Both the position numbers and the translations under genes were made by a program. Below are positions 1-9,682 of a stretch of 64,000 nucleotides of DNA, in pieces (positions within the stretch are counted from its first letter, which is position 1; the number at the start of each line of letters is the position of its first letter). Where the stretch lies: NCBI GenBank assembly GCA_045638685.1, contig JAZUBT010000018.1:12329-76328 (forward strand). Direction: 5' to 3'. The stretch comes from Eubacteriales bacterium (GTDB taxonomy: Bacteria; Bacillota; Clostridia; Oscillospirales; CAG-272). Under the pieces are notes generated by a model that was given only the letters and a program-made list of their open reading frames with translations, did no database searches and was not told the origin of the DNA.

Positions 1-795
1 TGCCATGGAAGCATAAAACGACTTCATGTCGCTTCCGCCGTAATACTGCTTAACGTAGGAGGAAAGCGTCATTCCAAACATAGCCGCCTGCGACTCGATG
101 CTGTCTATACCCTGCTCGTAGTACTTTTTAAGCTCAGACTTAGGATAGGAAATAATCTTGGAATCGCTGTATATTTCCTGCCAGATAAGATTATTCATTA
201 CCGTTTTTTTGGTAGCTTCCTCAAACTCGGCAACGGTTTTATATTCAGTCTTTTTCTGTATGTTTTCGTCGTTATATTCAGGATATTCGGTGCGCTTTAT
301 GGAGTTAATCTTTACCTCGAATACAACAGCCGCTCCCTTTAACTCGGCATTGCCGTAGTCAGCGGGGAATGTAAGGTTAAGGTTCGGCTTATCGCCTATC
401 TTATATCCTATAAGACCGTCCTCAAATCCGTCGATAAAGGTGTTAGATCCTATAACGAGGCTGTATCCGGTAGCCGTTCCGCCCTCAAACGCTACTCCGT
501 CCTTTTTACCTACGTAGTCGATGTTTACCGTGTCTCCGACCTTAATGTAAACGTCGTCCGTCTCCTTGTTGTAGGTGGTTTCGGTCAGCTTATCGGTTGT
601 GGTGTTATAAAGACTGTGGAACGCGTTAAGTATGCCGTCGTCGATATCGGACTGATTGATTTCAATTCCGTCAGTCGCGCCGAGTTTAATATACTGCTCA
701 TATTTATCGTAGTCGTAAAGCTTAGCAGAGCAACCCGCCAAAACCGTAACAAGCGATAAAAGAACAAGCGTAAAAGCTAAAATTCTCTTTTTCAT
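1..795 (-). CDS. Lipoprotein with FKBP-type / trigger-factor-like peptidyl-prolyl isomerase domain (C-terminus runs off the window)
   Basis: Absent from the ORF track because there is no stop in the window. Reverse-strand ATG at 795-793. MKKRILAFTLVLLSLVTVLAGC is a signal peptide plus lipobox. GDTVNIDYVGKKDGVAFEGGTA...FIDGFEDGLIGYKIGD...VVFEVKINSIK resembles the trigger-factor PPIase domain. The frame stays open to base 1. Confidence 0.7.
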   Translation of the reverse strand, partial: MKKRILAFTLVLLSLVTVLAGCSAKLYDYDKYEQYIKLGATDGIEINQSDIDDGILNAFHSLYNTTTDKLTETTYNKETDDVYIKVGDTVNIDYVGKKDGVAFEGGTATGYSLVIGSNTFIDGFEDGLIGYKIGDKPNLNLTFPADYGNAELKGAAVVFEVKINSIKRTEYPEYNDENIQKKTEYKTVAEFEEATKKTVMNNLIWQEIYSDSKIISYPKSELKKYYEQGIDSIESQAAMFGMTLSSYVKQYYGGSDMKSFYASMA

Positions 796-850
796 TGTTT
801 TTTCCTTTCGATTTGCGAAAATTTCATTTTGCTTTATTATATCATATAGG

Positions 851-893
851 TAAAAAAAAATCAAGTTGAAAGAGCGTTTATTTTCAACTTGAT
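851..893 (-). terminator. Intrinsic terminator closing the dus transcription unit
   Basis: Perfect 12-bp inverted repeat ATCAAGTTGAAA (860-871) / TTTCAACTTGAT (882-893) with a 10-nt loop. On the reverse strand it is followed by a U-run (A-run 852-860 on +). It lies about 20 nt past the dus stop. Confidence 0.75.
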
Positions 894-916
894 AATATTC
901 ATTTTACAATATAGGG

Positions 917-1882
917 TTAAATCAAAGACTTTAATATACTTAAAAGCTCCTCCGCGCTCTCCGACTTGTTAATTTTATCCCTTGCGCCGGAGGCTCCGCG
1001 AAGTCCTTTTATGTACCACCCCAGGTGCTTTCTTGCCTCTCTTACTCCGATATACTCACCCTTGTCCTCACAAAGCATTCGCACGTGGCGGATAGCAACC
1101 GCTATTATCTCCTCCGTTTCGGGTCGGGTATAGCTTTCTCCGTTAAGAGCGCATTTAATTTCTGAAAATATAAACGGATTTCCCATCGCACCCTGACCTA
1201 CCATAAGTCCGTCGCAGTCCGTTTTGCGGAGAAGCGTAAGAGCGTCCTCGCCGCTATAAACTCCGCCGTTGGCAATAACGGGAATTTTAACCTCTTTCTT
1301 TACAAGACGCACCGTTTCTGTATCCACGGGGGGGCTGTAAAGCTGCTGCCTCGTTCTGCCGTGTACCGCAACCGCACTCGCGCCGTTTTGCTCACAAACC
1401 GCGGCAAAATAGGGAGCGTTTATACTGTCTTTATCCCACCCCGTACGTATCTTAACGGTAACGGGAACCGTAAGAGCATCTGAAAGCGCTCTTACGATTT
1501 TACCCGCTAAGGGTGGGTTTTTCATAAGAGACGAGCCCTCTCCGTTTCCCGTAATTTTAGGCATGGGGCACCCCATATTTACATCAACGATAGAAATTTC
1601 GGGATAGGTCTCTATAAGCTTCCCCGCGGCATACGCCATAATCTCCGGCTCCGAGCCGAATATCTGAAGCGCGTACGGGTTCTCCCCCTCCCCCGGCTCG
1701 GCAAGGAGAGCCGTTTTCTTATCCTTGTAGTAAACACCCTTTGCGGAAATCATTTCGCTGACGGTAAGTCCGGCTCCGAATTCTCTCGCAAGAGCACGGA
1801 AGGATTTATCCGTAATTCCTGCCATTGGGGCAAGAACGAGACCGTTTTCTATTTCTACGTTACCTATTTTAAAAGTCGGCAT
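917..1882 (-). CDS. dus: tRNA-dihydrouridine synthase
   Basis: 321 aa. LAPMAGITDKSFR, the FMN/TIM-barrel pattern and the conserved Cys region (NMGCPMPKI) are typical of DusB-type enzymes. Confidence 0.9.
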   Translation of the reverse strand: MPTFKIGNVEIENGLVLAPMAGITDKSFRALAREFGAGLTVSEMISAKGVYYKDKKTALLAEPGEGENPYALQIFGSEPEIMAYAAGKLIETYPEISIVDVNMGCPMPKITGNGEGSSLMKNPPLAGKIVRALSDALTVPVTVKIRTGWDKDSINAPYFAAVCEQNGASAVAVHGRTRQQLYSPPVDTETVRLVKKEVKIPVIANGGVYSGEDALTLLRKTDCDGLMVGQGAMGNPFIFSEIKCALNGESYTRPETEEIIAVAIRHVRMLCEDKGEYIGVREARKHLGWYIKGLRGASGARDKINKSESAEELLSILKSLI

Positions 1883-1938
1883 TGGTTTTCCTTTTTTATT
1901 TTAAAATTTGTGTTTTTCCGTTTCACAGGCTAATCCGA

Positions 1939-2637
1939 TTAAAGAAGCTGCTGACCGTTTATAACCAGCTTGAAGCTGAGACCAAGCTTTTCGGCAGCGT
2001 TACGGCACATAACCATTCGTCCGAGGAATATTTCAAAATAATCCATTACGCTGCTTATCTCGGTATTAATCTGAAGCGAAAGCCTTATCTCTGTTTTTTC
2101 TTCGTTTATCTCTAAATCCGAGCTTACAACCGAGTAGTTTACCCTGTCGTGAATATCAAACTTAGTGGTGTCGCTGTTACGTACTCTTGAGCGGCGCACG
2201 TCGGTCTTATCCGCGAGAATCAGCGCGGCAGAAACGGGGTTTACCGCTACACCCGTTCCCTCGTCGTGGTTACCTATCGCAGTTACCACCTCGGCAAGAT
2301 CGTACGGTTCCATGTCAAGGTTGTCAAGAATACGGAACGCCATAAGTGCTCCGCTCTGCGAGTGGTCTATTCTGTTGACCAGATTTCCTATATCGTGAAG
2401 ATACCCCGCAATCTGCGCAAGCTCCACCTCGCGCTCAGAATATCCGAGTGTTTTTAAAATATAGGCTGCGTTTTCCGATACCTTCATAACGTGAGCAAAG
2501 CTATGCTCGGTATATCCCATCGCCTTTAACGACTCGTCTGCGCGGGTTATATAGGTTTTTATAGCTTCGCTATTTTTTATTTCTTCGTAAGTTATCATAT
2601 TTTTCCTTTCGAGTATTGCCTGATTTTCCTGTTTCAC
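1939..2637 (-). CDS. HD-domain phosphohydrolase
   Basis: 232 aa. It carries the H...HD metal motif (HSFAHVMKV...GYLHDIGN...GNHDE). Substrate is unknown. Confidence 0.75.
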   Translation of the reverse strand: MKQENQAILERKNMITYEEIKNSEAIKTYITRADESLKAMGYTEHSFAHVMKVSENAAYILKTLGYSEREVELAQIAGYLHDIGNLVNRIDHSQSGALMAFRILDNLDMEPYDLAEVVTAIGNHDEGTGVAVNPVSAALILADKTDVRRSRVRNSDTTKFDIHDRVNYSVVSSDLEINEEKTEIRLSLQINTEISSVMDYFEIFLGRMVMCRNAAEKLGLSFKLVINGQQLL

Positions 2638-2649
2638 AAGTCCCGAAAA

Positions 2650-2970
2650 TCAGACAGGCTGCGCGGATTTTAAGCTTTCCGTAAGCTTCTCCGCCGCGCT
2701 TTTCAGATACGTAAGCCTTTGCATTGCATCCTTTACCACTTTATTCCCTTTTGGATAGCCTTTTATCACATAATTATAAAATTCCTCAAAGTAGGCTATC
2801 GCCGCCAGAATGGCCTCTCTTTGACTTACCGTGTAATGGGCATACTGCGAAAACGGCTTTTCCCGCAGCTTTTTTATATCCTCGCGGTGCTTTTCCTCGA
2901 CCGACATTTCGGATATATAGGCTATAACCCATTCCACCATATTACACTCTCTGTCGTTCCACTTTTTCAC
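2650..2970 (-). CDS. Hypothetical protein
   Basis: 106-aa ORF packed tightly between the ACP and HD genes on the same strand. No recognisable motif. Confidence 0.4.
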   Translation of the reverse strand: MKKWNDRECNMVEWVIAYISEMSVEEKHREDIKKLREKPFSQYAHYTVSQREAILAAIAYFEEFYNYVIKGYPKGNKVVKDAMQRLTYLKSAAEKLTESLKSAQPV

Positions 2971-3061
2971 AATGCGTCTCCATTAATAACCGATAAAAAA
3001 TCACGCCCGCGGCAAAATCACCTCGGGCGCAAACGTGTTTGCCGATTAAAGCATTCGTCGG

Positions 3062-3286
3062 TTACATTACCGACTCTATATAGTCAGCAAGCTTGTCTAT
3101 GGTATTGTATTTTTTGGAAATTTCAAGGTTTATATTAAGCTCTTCCTCAATCTGCATTATAAGCTCCGCAATATCGATGGAATCTATATCAAGCTCCGTA
3201 AACGGCGCATCGGTTTTAATTTCGCTTTCCGGAACTCTTTTGTACTCAGCTAACATTTTTATAAGTTTTTCTTTCATATTCGACAC
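3062..3286 (-). CDS. Acyl carrier protein (stand-alone)
   Basis: 74 aa, acidic. The phosphopantetheine-attachment context LDIDSIDIAELIMQIEEEL matches the DSx motif of the ACP/PCP fold. Confidence 0.7.
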   Translation of the reverse strand: MSNMKEKLIKMLAEYKRVPESEIKTDAPFTELDIDSIDIAELIMQIEEELNINLEISKKYNTIDKLADYIESVM

Positions 3287-3313
3287 CGTCGCCTTTCTGA
3301 TTACTCTTAATAT

Positions 3314-3342
3314 ATTATACCTATAATTACCAATTTTGTCAA
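3314..3342 (-). promoter_or_regulatory. Sigma-A-type consensus promoter for the ACP-hyp-HD-dus unit
   Basis: The reverse strand reads TTGACA (3342-3337), a 17-nt spacer, then TATAAT (3319-3314). It lies about 28 nt upstream of the ACP ATG. Confidence 0.6.
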
Positions 3343-3381
3343 GTCTTATTTATGTTTTTATTTGATTTTTGGTTTTAAGCT

Positions 3382-4410
3382 TTACCGAAGCTCGGCAATT
3401 TCAAGTATAAGTTTTTCTGTTTTTTCCCAGCCAAGGCACGGATCGGTTATTGATTTACCGTACACGCCTCCGTCGGGCTTCTGACAACCGTCCTCGATAT
3501 AAGATTCTATCATAAGTCCCTTGACAATTTTGTATATATCGCCTGAATGACGCGTGCTGTGAAGTATCTCCTTGGCTATACGCGGCTGCTCCGCCCACTT
3601 TTTTCCGGAGTTTGCGTGGTTGGTGTCAATTATAACCGCAGGATTTACAAGAGAGGAATTTTCGTAATACTCGCAAAGGCGCTGAATATCCTCGTAATGG
3701 TAGTTTGACACGCTTCTTCCGTATCTGTCGGTGTATCCGCGTAAAATCGTGTGCGTAAGAGGATTTCCTTTACTTGTTACCTCCCAGCCCGAATAAACGA
3801 ACGTGTGAGAGTGTTGCCCCGCGGTAACCGAGTTCATCATAACCGAAAAGTCCCCGCTGGTCGGGTTTTTCATACCCACGGGCACGTCAAGTCCACTTGC
3901 GGTCAGACGGTGAAACTGATTTTCAACCGAGCGCGCACCCACCGCAACGTAGGAAAGAACGTCGGCAAGATACTGATGGTTTTCGGGGTAAAGCATTTCA
4001 TCCGCGCAGGAAAACCCTGTTTCGGTAAGCGCCTTTATATGCAGCCTTCTTATTGAAAGGAGACCTTTAAGCATATCCGGAGAGCTGTTTGGATCGGGCT
4101 GATGAAGCATTCCCTTATATCCGTCTCCCGTGGTACGGGGCTTATTCGTATAGATACGCGGCACTATAACTATCTTATCCTTAACCTTTTCCTGAACCTC
4201 ACGCAGACGTGAAATATAATCAAGAACCGCGTCCTCACGGTCTGCGGAGCAGGGGCCGATAATAAGCGCCAGCTTGTTACTCTCTCCTGTAAATATAGCG
4301 TTTAGCTCTGTGTCCGTTTGTTTTTTTGCTGCTCTTGCCTGTTCGGAAACGGGATACATATTTCGTATTTCCTGCAAGGTAGGAAGCTTTTTCTTAAATT
4401 CCATATTCAT
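3382..4410 (-). CDS. aroG: 3-deoxy-7-phosphoheptulonate (DAHP) synthase, type I-alpha-like
   Basis: 342 aa. IIGPCSADRED...PRIYTNKPRTTGDGYKGMLHQPDP parallels the AroG/F/H GPCS...KPRTT..WKG motifs. Confidence 0.88.
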   Translation of the reverse strand: MNMEFKKKLPTLQEIRNMYPVSEQARAAKKQTDTELNAIFTGESNKLALIIGPCSADREDAVLDYISRLREVQEKVKDKIVIVPRIYTNKPRTTGDGYKGMLHQPDPNSSPDMLKGLLSIRRLHIKALTETGFSCADEMLYPENHQYLADVLSYVAVGARSVENQFHRLTASGLDVPVGMKNPTSGDFSVMMNSVTAGQHSHTFVYSGWEVTSKGNPLTHTILRGYTDRYGRSVSNYHYEDIQRLCEYYENSSLVNPAVIIDTNHANSGKKWAEQPRIAKEILHSTRHSGDIYKIVKGLMIESYIEDGCQKPDGGVYGKSITDPCLGWEKTEKLILEIAELR

Positions 4411-4487
4411 AACTTATAATCCTCCGTCGTGTGTTCGCTTATTCAGTATGCGCACACCTATTCCCTCCGCCATTCCGCGGTTTTCCT

Positions 4488-5363
4488 TTAATTTTTATTC
4501 TTTATTTCACGGCTCTCGCACCTTTTTCTTCTTTCGGTGGAAAGACGCATCATAGCGCGCACAGCCTCGGTGTCGCCACCCTCAATACATTTCTTTAAAT
4601 ATCGGAACCTTTCCTCAAACAGATCCATCTGCGCGACAAGCTCGTTCTTGTTGAGTGAAAAAAGCTCGCTCCACATTTCGTCGTTTATCTTCGCTATACG
4701 GGTAAGGTCTCGGAAGGAGTCCCCCGTGTACTCTATAATCTCGTCGGTATCCTTACATACCATCAGAGAAACCGCGATACAGTGTGTAAGCTGTGAAAGA
4801 AACCCTATCATCTCATCGTGCTTTTCGGGGGTGAGCACAGAGATACTTTTAAATCCGAGCACCTCGCCGAGCGCCTTGCAGCTCTCCACCGCTCGCTCGC
4901 TGTTTTTTTCGGTCGGAGTTACGATGTAGTTTGCTCCCTTAAAAATATCCTTATTCGCGTTTTCAACACCGCTTGTCTCCCGTCCCGCCATCGGATGCGC
5001 TCCTATAAATTCAAGGTCGTCTCTTAGAAGTCTCTGCACCTCGTAAACGACACTTCCCTTAACACCCGTAACGTCGGTAAGAAGCGCTCCGCTTTTTATG
5101 AACCGCTGATTTTCTTTAATCCAATTTATAAATATGTGTGGATAAAGCGCGAAAACAATCAGGTCAAATTTTCCGATATACTCACCGTCGGCACTCCTTT
5201 TTCCGTGCCGGATTATACCCTTTTTCAGCGCATAGTCTATCGCGTCGGAGCGCACGTCTATCGCGCCAACCTCGTAACCCGCATCGCTTAAAGCCTCGGC
5301 GTAGCTTCCACCGATAAGACCAAGCCCTACTATAAGTATTTTCTTGTCCGTACTAAGCTTCAT
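4488..5363 (-). CDS. tyrA: Prephenate dehydrogenase
   Basis: 291 aa. N-terminal Rossmann motif ILIVGLGLIGGSYA and the HPMAG motif. It overlaps the aroA stop. Confidence 0.85.
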   Translation of the reverse strand: MKLSTDKKILIVGLGLIGGSYAEALSDAGYEVGAIDVRSDAIDYALKKGIIRHGKRSADGEYIGKFDLIVFALYPHIFINWIKENQRFIKSGALLTDVTGVKGSVVYEVQRLLRDDLEFIGAHPMAGRETSGVENANKDIFKGANYIVTPTEKNSERAVESCKALGEVLGFKSISVLTPEKHDEMIGFLSQLTHCIAVSLMVCKDTDEIIEYTGDSFRDLTRIAKINDEMWSELFSLNKNELVAQMDLFEERFRYLKKCIEGGDTEAVRAMMRLSTERRKRCESREIKNKN

Positions 5364-6621
5364 TTTCTGTTTCCACCTTTAGTCCGAGAGAGATAAGCGC
5401 GCTGAAAAAGTCGGGGTAGCTTTTGGCTATCGCCTCTGCACCCTCTATTTCACATCCTACAAGCGCGCCGAGAATCGAAAGCGCCATAACTATTCTGTGA
5501 TCGTTATGACTTTGGCAGGGCACAGAAGGGGTTTTAAGCGTACCCCTATGCACGTTCACCGAATTTTCACCGACCGTAACGTCTATTCCGAATTTTTCAA
5601 GCTCCTTCGTCATAGCTACCGCACGGTCGCTTTCCTTTATTTTGAGGCGCTTTGTTCCGACAAAACATCCGCCTCCCCTTGCCGCGGCTACAGCGAAAAG
5701 AACAGGGCCAAGGTCGGGGCAGTCCGAAATATCAATTTCCCCGACACCCGTATGTAGCTTTTCAAACAACTCCACACACACCTTATCCCCTTGCAGGCTG
5801 TCTTTGTTTAAACCGGAAATTTTAATTCCGTTTTCCAAAGACGCTCTTTCTCCTTCAGACGCCGTCTCGCCAAGCGCAAGAAGTGCTGCACCGTTTGACC
5901 AATCTCCCTCAACCGTTAAATCACAGCTTTCGTAGCTTTGTCCACCTTTGACGTAAAACGTGTTTTTTTCCGTCTCCGCAACCCGAATGCCGAACTTAGA
6001 AAGCGTGTCGAGCGTAATATCAATATACCCTCGGCTTTCAACGGGCGGCAAAACCTTTATCACACTATCCCCTTTAAGGAGCGGCAGGGCAAACAAAAGC
6101 CCCGTAACAAACTGACTGCTGACGTTTCCCGGCAAAACGTACTCTCCCGCGGTAAGATTTCCGAAAACAGATATACCCTCTCCGTTATTTTGGCAGATTA
6201 TACCCTTTTCCGCAAAAAGCTTTTCATATACCTCTATACCGCGCTCCATAAGTCGCTTTGAGCCTATAAATTCGGCTTTCTGTCCAAAAACAAGCGATAC
6301 GGGTATAAAAAAACGCATAGTGCTTCCGCTTTCACGGCAGGGAAAAATTATATTTTCCCCAAAATACCGACAGCTCTCTACCCGCTTCATTTCCTTACCG
6401 ACGCCTACCACTTTAAGCGTACCTCCGCTTAAAGCACACCTTGCTCCAAGCGCACGTGCGCAGTCAAGCGTCGCCAGAACGTCCTCGTTTTCGGAAACAC
6501 CCTTTATTATGCTTTCCCCCTTAGCGAGAGCAGCGCAAAGTATCATTCTGTGGGCGTAGCTTTTTGACGGCGGTGCCGTTACGCTCCCTCTCGGACACCC
6601 CGCACTGATTTTAATTTTCAT
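5353..6621 (-). CDS. aroA: 3-phosphoshikimate 1-carboxyvinyltransferase (EPSP synthase)
   Basis: 422 aa. PPSKSYAHRMILCAALA and DHRIVMALSI are EPSP-synthase signatures. Confidence 0.9.
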   Translation of the reverse strand: MKIKISAGCPRGSVTAPPSKSYAHRMILCAALAKGESIIKGVSENEDVLATLDCARALGARCALSGGTLKVVGVGKEMKRVESCRYFGENIIFPCRESGSTMRFFIPVSLVFGQKAEFIGSKRLMERGIEVYEKLFAEKGIICQNNGEGISVFGNLTAGEYVLPGNVSSQFVTGLLFALPLLKGDSVIKVLPPVESRGYIDITLDTLSKFGIRVAETEKNTFYVKGGQSYESCDLTVEGDWSNGAALLALGETASEGERASLENGIKISGLNKDSLQGDKVCVELFEKLHTGVGEIDISDCPDLGPVLFAVAAARGGGCFVGTKRLKIKESDRAVAMTKELEKFGIDVTVGENSVNVHRGTLKTPSVPCQSHNDHRIVMALSILGALVGCEIEGAEAIAKSYPDFFSALISLGLKVETENEA

Positions 6622-6750
6622 TTTACTGTTCCTTATAAATTATACTTATACGATTTCGAAATAACGGCTCAATTTCATTTCCGGCAAGAAATCAGCCGCT
6701 TTTTAAATAACTTTTTAGAATAAAGTTTCAACCGTTTATCGGATACCGTT

Positions 6751-7206
6751 TCAACCGTTTGTCTCTGAAAGCTTTTTCACAAGTATATCGATAGCGCGTA
6801 GATACCCGTTAAAGCCCTCTCCCGAAACCGTCGCGACACAGACGTCGCGAACGTAGCTTATCTGTCTGAAATCCTCTCGCCTTGAAACGTCGGAAATATG
6901 CACCTCAACCGTTGGTATTCCGACAGCCTTTACCGCGTCGGCAATAGCAATGCTTGTATGGGTATATGCCGCAGGATTAAATACTATGCCGTCCGTCTTT
7001 TCAAAGTACGCCCTTTGCAGTGCGTCAACAAGGTCGCCCTCGTGGTTTGACTGATAAAACTGAACGTTAAGGGAAAGCTTTTCCGCATAGCTTGTTATCA
7101 TATCACAAAGCTCTTTATATGTACCTTTTCCGTAAATTTCAGGCTCGCGAATACCTAAAAAATTTATATTCGGGCCGTTAAGAATAAGCAGCTTCATATT
7201 TTTCAA
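6751..7206 (-). CDS. aroQ: Type II 3-dehydroquinate dehydratase
   Basis: 151 aa. LILNGPNINFLGIREPEIYG and NPAAYTHTSIA are type II dehydroquinase motifs. It overlaps the upstream gene by 4 nt. Confidence 0.9.
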   Translation of the reverse strand: MKNMKLLILNGPNINFLGIREPEIYGKGTYKELCDMITSYAEKLSLNVQFYQSNHEGDLVDALQRAYFEKTDGIVFNPAAYTHTSIAIADAVKAVGIPTVEVHISDVSRREDFRQISYVRDVCVATVSGEGFNGYLRAIDILVKKLSETNG

Positions 7207-8447
7207 CTTCTTTCCGTATGTTTTTTTATTATCTCCTCAGCGACAGCCGAAATGCTTTCGTTACCGTTAATGACAAAATCGCAGCATGAAAGATATATCG
7301 GGTAACGTTCATTATAACGGCTTTCGAGCGCACTAAGGCTTGACGAAAGCGGTCTGTCCGAGGTAAAAATCAGCTTTTCAAGTTCTCTGTCAATGAAATA
7401 GATTTTCCCGTTTTGTTTAAGGCGCATAACGTTTTCCGTATCAAGCACGGCGCCACCGCCCGTAGCTATAACGCATCCGCTTTTTTTAGAAACGGAGTGT
7501 ATAACCTCATTCTCTACCTTACGAAACGCGCCTTCTCCGTTTTTCTCAAAGTACTCGGAGATACTCGTTCCTATGACCTTTACTATCTCGTCATCGCTAT
7601 CGACAAGCTCTCTGCCGAGCCGCTCGGAAATAGCCCGTCCAACCGCGCTTTTTCCTGAGGACGGCATACCGACAAGCACTATATTTTCTTTTTCCGACTC
7701 GACTCCCGAAAAGGCCTTGTCAATAAGAGTTTCGTCTGCATCCCTATCAAGAAAGAGAGCTGACGCATATACCGCCTGCGCTGCCAACATATAAAGCCCA
7801 CCGCACACGGGTATTCCTCTCTCCGTTGCTTCCGCAATAAGCTCGGTACGGAGAGGGTTATATATCGCGTCAACGACACCCGTAAGGCAGGGAAACGCAG
7901 AAAGCTCGATAGGTTTTCCCTCCTGACGCGAAAACATACCAACCGGCGTGGTATTAATAATAACCTCAGCGTCGGTGTGATTTTTCACTGCCTCTCCGTA
8001 AGTAACGCTTCCCTCCGCGCCGCTGCGAGAGACCTTTATTATCTCCCTTGCTCCGTAAGATTTCGCTACGGCAAAAGCGGTTTTACAGGTACCGCCCGTG
8101 CCGAGAATCATTACCTTTTTATTTTTAAGCTCTATGCCGTACTTATTAAGCATCGCGCTCATTCCGACAAAATCCGTGTTGTAGCCGTATAGCTTTCCGC
8201 CACGGTTGACTACCGTGTTTACAGCGCCAACCGCTGTGGCGGTATTGGATATAAAGTCAAGGCAGGGCATTACCTTTTCCTTATAAGGAATGGTAACGTT
8301 TATCGCCTTAAAATCGCGTTTTTCAAAAAAGGCTTCAAGCTCCGACGGCAAAATCTCTAAAAGCTTATAATCATAGTCGGCGATTTTCGCGTGTATCTCA
8401 CAGGAGTAGCTGTGAGTAAGATGCTCGCCTATAAGTCCGTATAGCAC
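7203..8447 (-). CDS. aroE/aroK: Bifunctional shikimate dehydrogenase / shikimate kinase fusion
   Basis: 414 aa. The N-terminal ~250 aa are AroE-like (YGLIGEHLTHSYS...NVTIPYKE...NTDFVG...LGTGGT). The C-terminal ~165 aa are AroK-like (P-loop LVGMPSSGKSAVGR, DSDDEI). Confidence 0.85.
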   Translation of the reverse strand: MLYGLIGEHLTHSYSCEIHAKIADYDYKLLEILPSELEAFFEKRDFKAINVTIPYKEKVMPCLDFISNTATAVGAVNTVVNRGGKLYGYNTDFVGMSAMLNKYGIELKNKKVMILGTGGTCKTAFAVAKSYGAREIIKVSRSGAEGSVTYGEAVKNHTDAEVIINTTPVGMFSRQEGKPIELSAFPCLTGVVDAIYNPLRTELIAEATERGIPVCGGLYMLAAQAVYASALFLDRDADETLIDKAFSGVESEKENIVLVGMPSSGKSAVGRAISERLGRELVDSDDEIVKVIGTSISEYFEKNGEGAFRKVENEVIHSVSKKSGCVIATGGGAVLDTENVMRLKQNGKIYFIDRELEKLIFTSDRPLSSSLSALESRYNERYPIYLSCCDFVINGNESISAVAEEIIKKHTERS

Positions 8448-8537
8448 TTTTCTTCCTTTCCGCTACTTAACGTAGCTTTTTCAGTATCCCCGTATCCCGA
8501 TTTTATGTAATTTAACTTAGGAAACAGGGTAGATAAA

Positions 8538-9602
8538 TCATCTTCCCGACTGCAAAATATCGAATATAACGATAGCCGCCACGCTATCAATTACGGGGCA
8601 TATTCTCCTAATAATAGCGGGATCGTGTCGTCCGTTTACCGAAATATCCGCGTTTTCGTTCTTTACAAAATCAACCGTTTTCTGCTCTCTCGCAATAGAC
8701 GGCGTAGGCTTAACCGCGCAGCGGAAGGTAATGGGCATACCGTTTGTAATTCCGCCGTTAATTCCACCGTTATTGTTTGTTTCCGTTACTACCATACCGT
8801 TTTCGTAACGCATAGCGTCATTTGCCTCGCTGCCGAGCTTATCCGCAAAGCCAAAGCCAAGCCCAAACTCAACACCCTTAACTCCTCCGATACTGAAAAG
8901 GGCATGGGAAAGAAGGCTCTCCACACTGTCAAACCACGGCTCTCCGTACCCTGCGGGCATTCCGTAAATCACCGTTTCGGTAATACCCCCTATGCTGTCA
9001 AGAGCAGATTTTGCGGAGAGGATTTTCTCTGTCATTTTTTCTCCCTTTTCCTTATCAAGGGTAGGAAAGGAGACCTTTTTCAGCGCATCTATATCGGCGG
9101 AAATATCGGAAAAGGCTCTATCCGACACACCTCCGCACTCGGAGATATGCGTACCTATGACGATACCCTTTTCTTTAAGAGCGGGAATTAAAATTCCGCC
9201 AACGGCAACAAGCGCCGCGGTGATACGTCCCGAAAAATGACCGCCTCCGCGGTAGTCCTCGAAGCCTTTATATTTAACGTGCGCCGTGTAGTCTGCGTGA
9301 GACGGACGCGCAACGCCGTAGTTATAGTCGCCGCTTCTGACATTTTCATTCGGCACCACGATACAAAGAGGAGTCCCCGTCGTTTTACCGTTAAAAACAC
9401 CGCTGAGTATCTTAAAATCGTCCTGCTCGCTCCTTGCCGTATCGGTAGAAAGCGACGGACGACGGCGGGAAAGCTCGGCGGAAATAAATTCCTCGTTTAC
9501 CGTAATTCCGGGCGTAAGACCGTCGATAACCGCCCCCACGGCGGGGCCGTGGCTCTCTCCAAACAGAGTTACCGTAATATTCTGACCAAACGTATTTTTC
9601 AT
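8538..9602 (-). CDS. aroC: Chorismate synthase
   Basis: 354 aa. TLFGESHGPAVGAVIDG, RPSHADYT and GRHDPA are chorismate-synthase signatures. Confidence 0.92.
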   Translation of the reverse strand: MKNTFGQNITVTLFGESHGPAVGAVIDGLTPGITVNEEFISAELSRRRPSLSTDTARSEQDDFKILSGVFNGKTTGTPLCIVVPNENVRSGDYNYGVARPSHADYTAHVKYKGFEDYRGGGHFSGRITAALVAVGGILIPALKEKGIVIGTHISECGGVSDRAFSDISADIDALKKVSFPTLDKEKGEKMTEKILSAKSALDSIGGITETVIYGMPAGYGEPWFDSVESLLSHALFSIGGVKGVEFGLGFGFADKLGSEANDAMRYENGMVVTETNNNGGINGGITNGMPITFRCAVKPTPSIAREQKTVDFVKNENADISVNGRHDPAIIRRICPVIDSVAAIVIFDILQSGR

Positions 9603-9682
9603 AAATTCTTACCTTAATTTATCTTTATTTGCTTGTTATCAAAAGCAGTTTATACCTGCATTCAAAAACGCCTTTTCCTTTA

